Part shown: piece after piece, positions 44,693 to 45,046 of the stretch | Layout of the letters: every line of letters begins with the position of its first letter | Position numbering within the stretch: position 1 is the first letter of the stretch | From: Candidatus Berkelbacteria bacterium | Lineage (GTDB): Bacteria > Patescibacteriota > UBA1384 > 2-12-FULL-50-11 | Length of the DNA stretch: 45,046 nucleotides | Assembly: GCA_016432625.1 (NCBI GenBank) | Contig: CP066697.1 | Span: 345,363 to 390,408, forward strand | Reading direction: 5' to 3' | Made by a program: the position numbers and the translations under genes | Notes under the pieces: model-generated | What the model was told of the DNA's origin: nothing | The model's input: the letters and a program-made list of their open reading frames with translations, nothing else | The model's database searches: none

Positions 44693-45046
44693 TCAGGAGA
44701 TGAGTAGCAGCTCGTCGAGAATCGCCGTCAATTGCTCTCGCTTATCGACGTGATTCGGGTGAAGGTAGGCGTGAACGAACGGGTACTGCTCGCCGTGCGG
44801 CGGTTTGTAGTCGTGCCCGTCAGCGGTCACTATCCGGACGTTCGAGAGGTCCTTGACCCCCTTGTACCGCCCCATATGGATGCAGACATTTTCCGGCTCG
44901 ATCTTGAGTTCACTGGCAACCCTATCGGCGAAAACCTGCTGGTTCGGTTCGTCGGTGATGATCGAGAGCTGCTCGGCAGTCGGCCAACGAAAGTGTCCCA
45001 AATAGACCCGCTCGTAATGCCGGTTGTTCGAAGCGCACTCGGTCAA
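44693..45046 (-). CDS. Hypothetical protein, C-terminal part (probably continues beyond the window)
   Basis: Open to the window edge. The 'start' in the track is a TTG that coincides with the last base. GC-rich. No motif recognised. Confidence 0.45.
   Translation of the reverse strand: MTECASNNRHYERVYLGHFRWPTAEQLSIITDEPNQQVFADRVASELKIEPENVCIHMGRYKGVKDLSNVRIVTADGHDYKPPHGEQYPFVHAYLHPNHVDKREQLTAILDELLLIS

Overview
This 45-kb window looks like a small-genome, CPR/Patescibacteria-like bacterium. That placement is an inference from three things: rpsE runs straight into rplO with no rpmD/L30, many housekeeping proteins are domain-minimised, and the standard code is used, with TGA as a stop. The backbone is a nearly complete S10-spc-alpha ribosomal superoperon on the + strand (rplC to rplO, secY, adk, map, infA, rpmJ, rpsM, rpsK, rpsD, rpoA, rplQ, rplM, rpsI; about 5.7-21.2 kb). 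It is followed by an rbfA-like gene, pheS, pheT, aspS, a D-Ala-D-Ala carboxypeptidase and a membrane protein. On the - strand are rnc-nusB-rpmF, leuS, a Glu/Leu/Phe/Val dehydrogenase, tRNA-Ala(GGC) and gpmI-eno-pgi/pmi. The backbone is roughly 42-48% GC on hand-counted 60-nt lines. It is interrupted by four GC-richer patches of roughly 55-58%: 1-1250, 1590-4700, 34400-40250 and 44640-45046. These patches carry only orphan or unusual genes and are bounded by strong hairpins or by the tRNA. The observations most worth a second look are: (i) a Nudix-like module inserted inside LeuRS; (ii) a divergent PurM-superfamily enzyme paired with a PhnP-like MBL-fold hydrolase in a GC-rich insert; (iii) a 5.9-kb island next to tRNA-Ala, encoding a secreted M23 peptidase fused to an FG-GAP propeller with a paralogous partner, plus a three-gene translationally coupled orphan operon; (iv) a relic second copy of the rpsD 3' end; (v) an RpoA without the alpha-CTD and a uS4 without its N-terminal domain. 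No CRISPR array, integrase, transposase or rRNA gene was seen. All homology calls come from motif recognition by eye, not from database searches.
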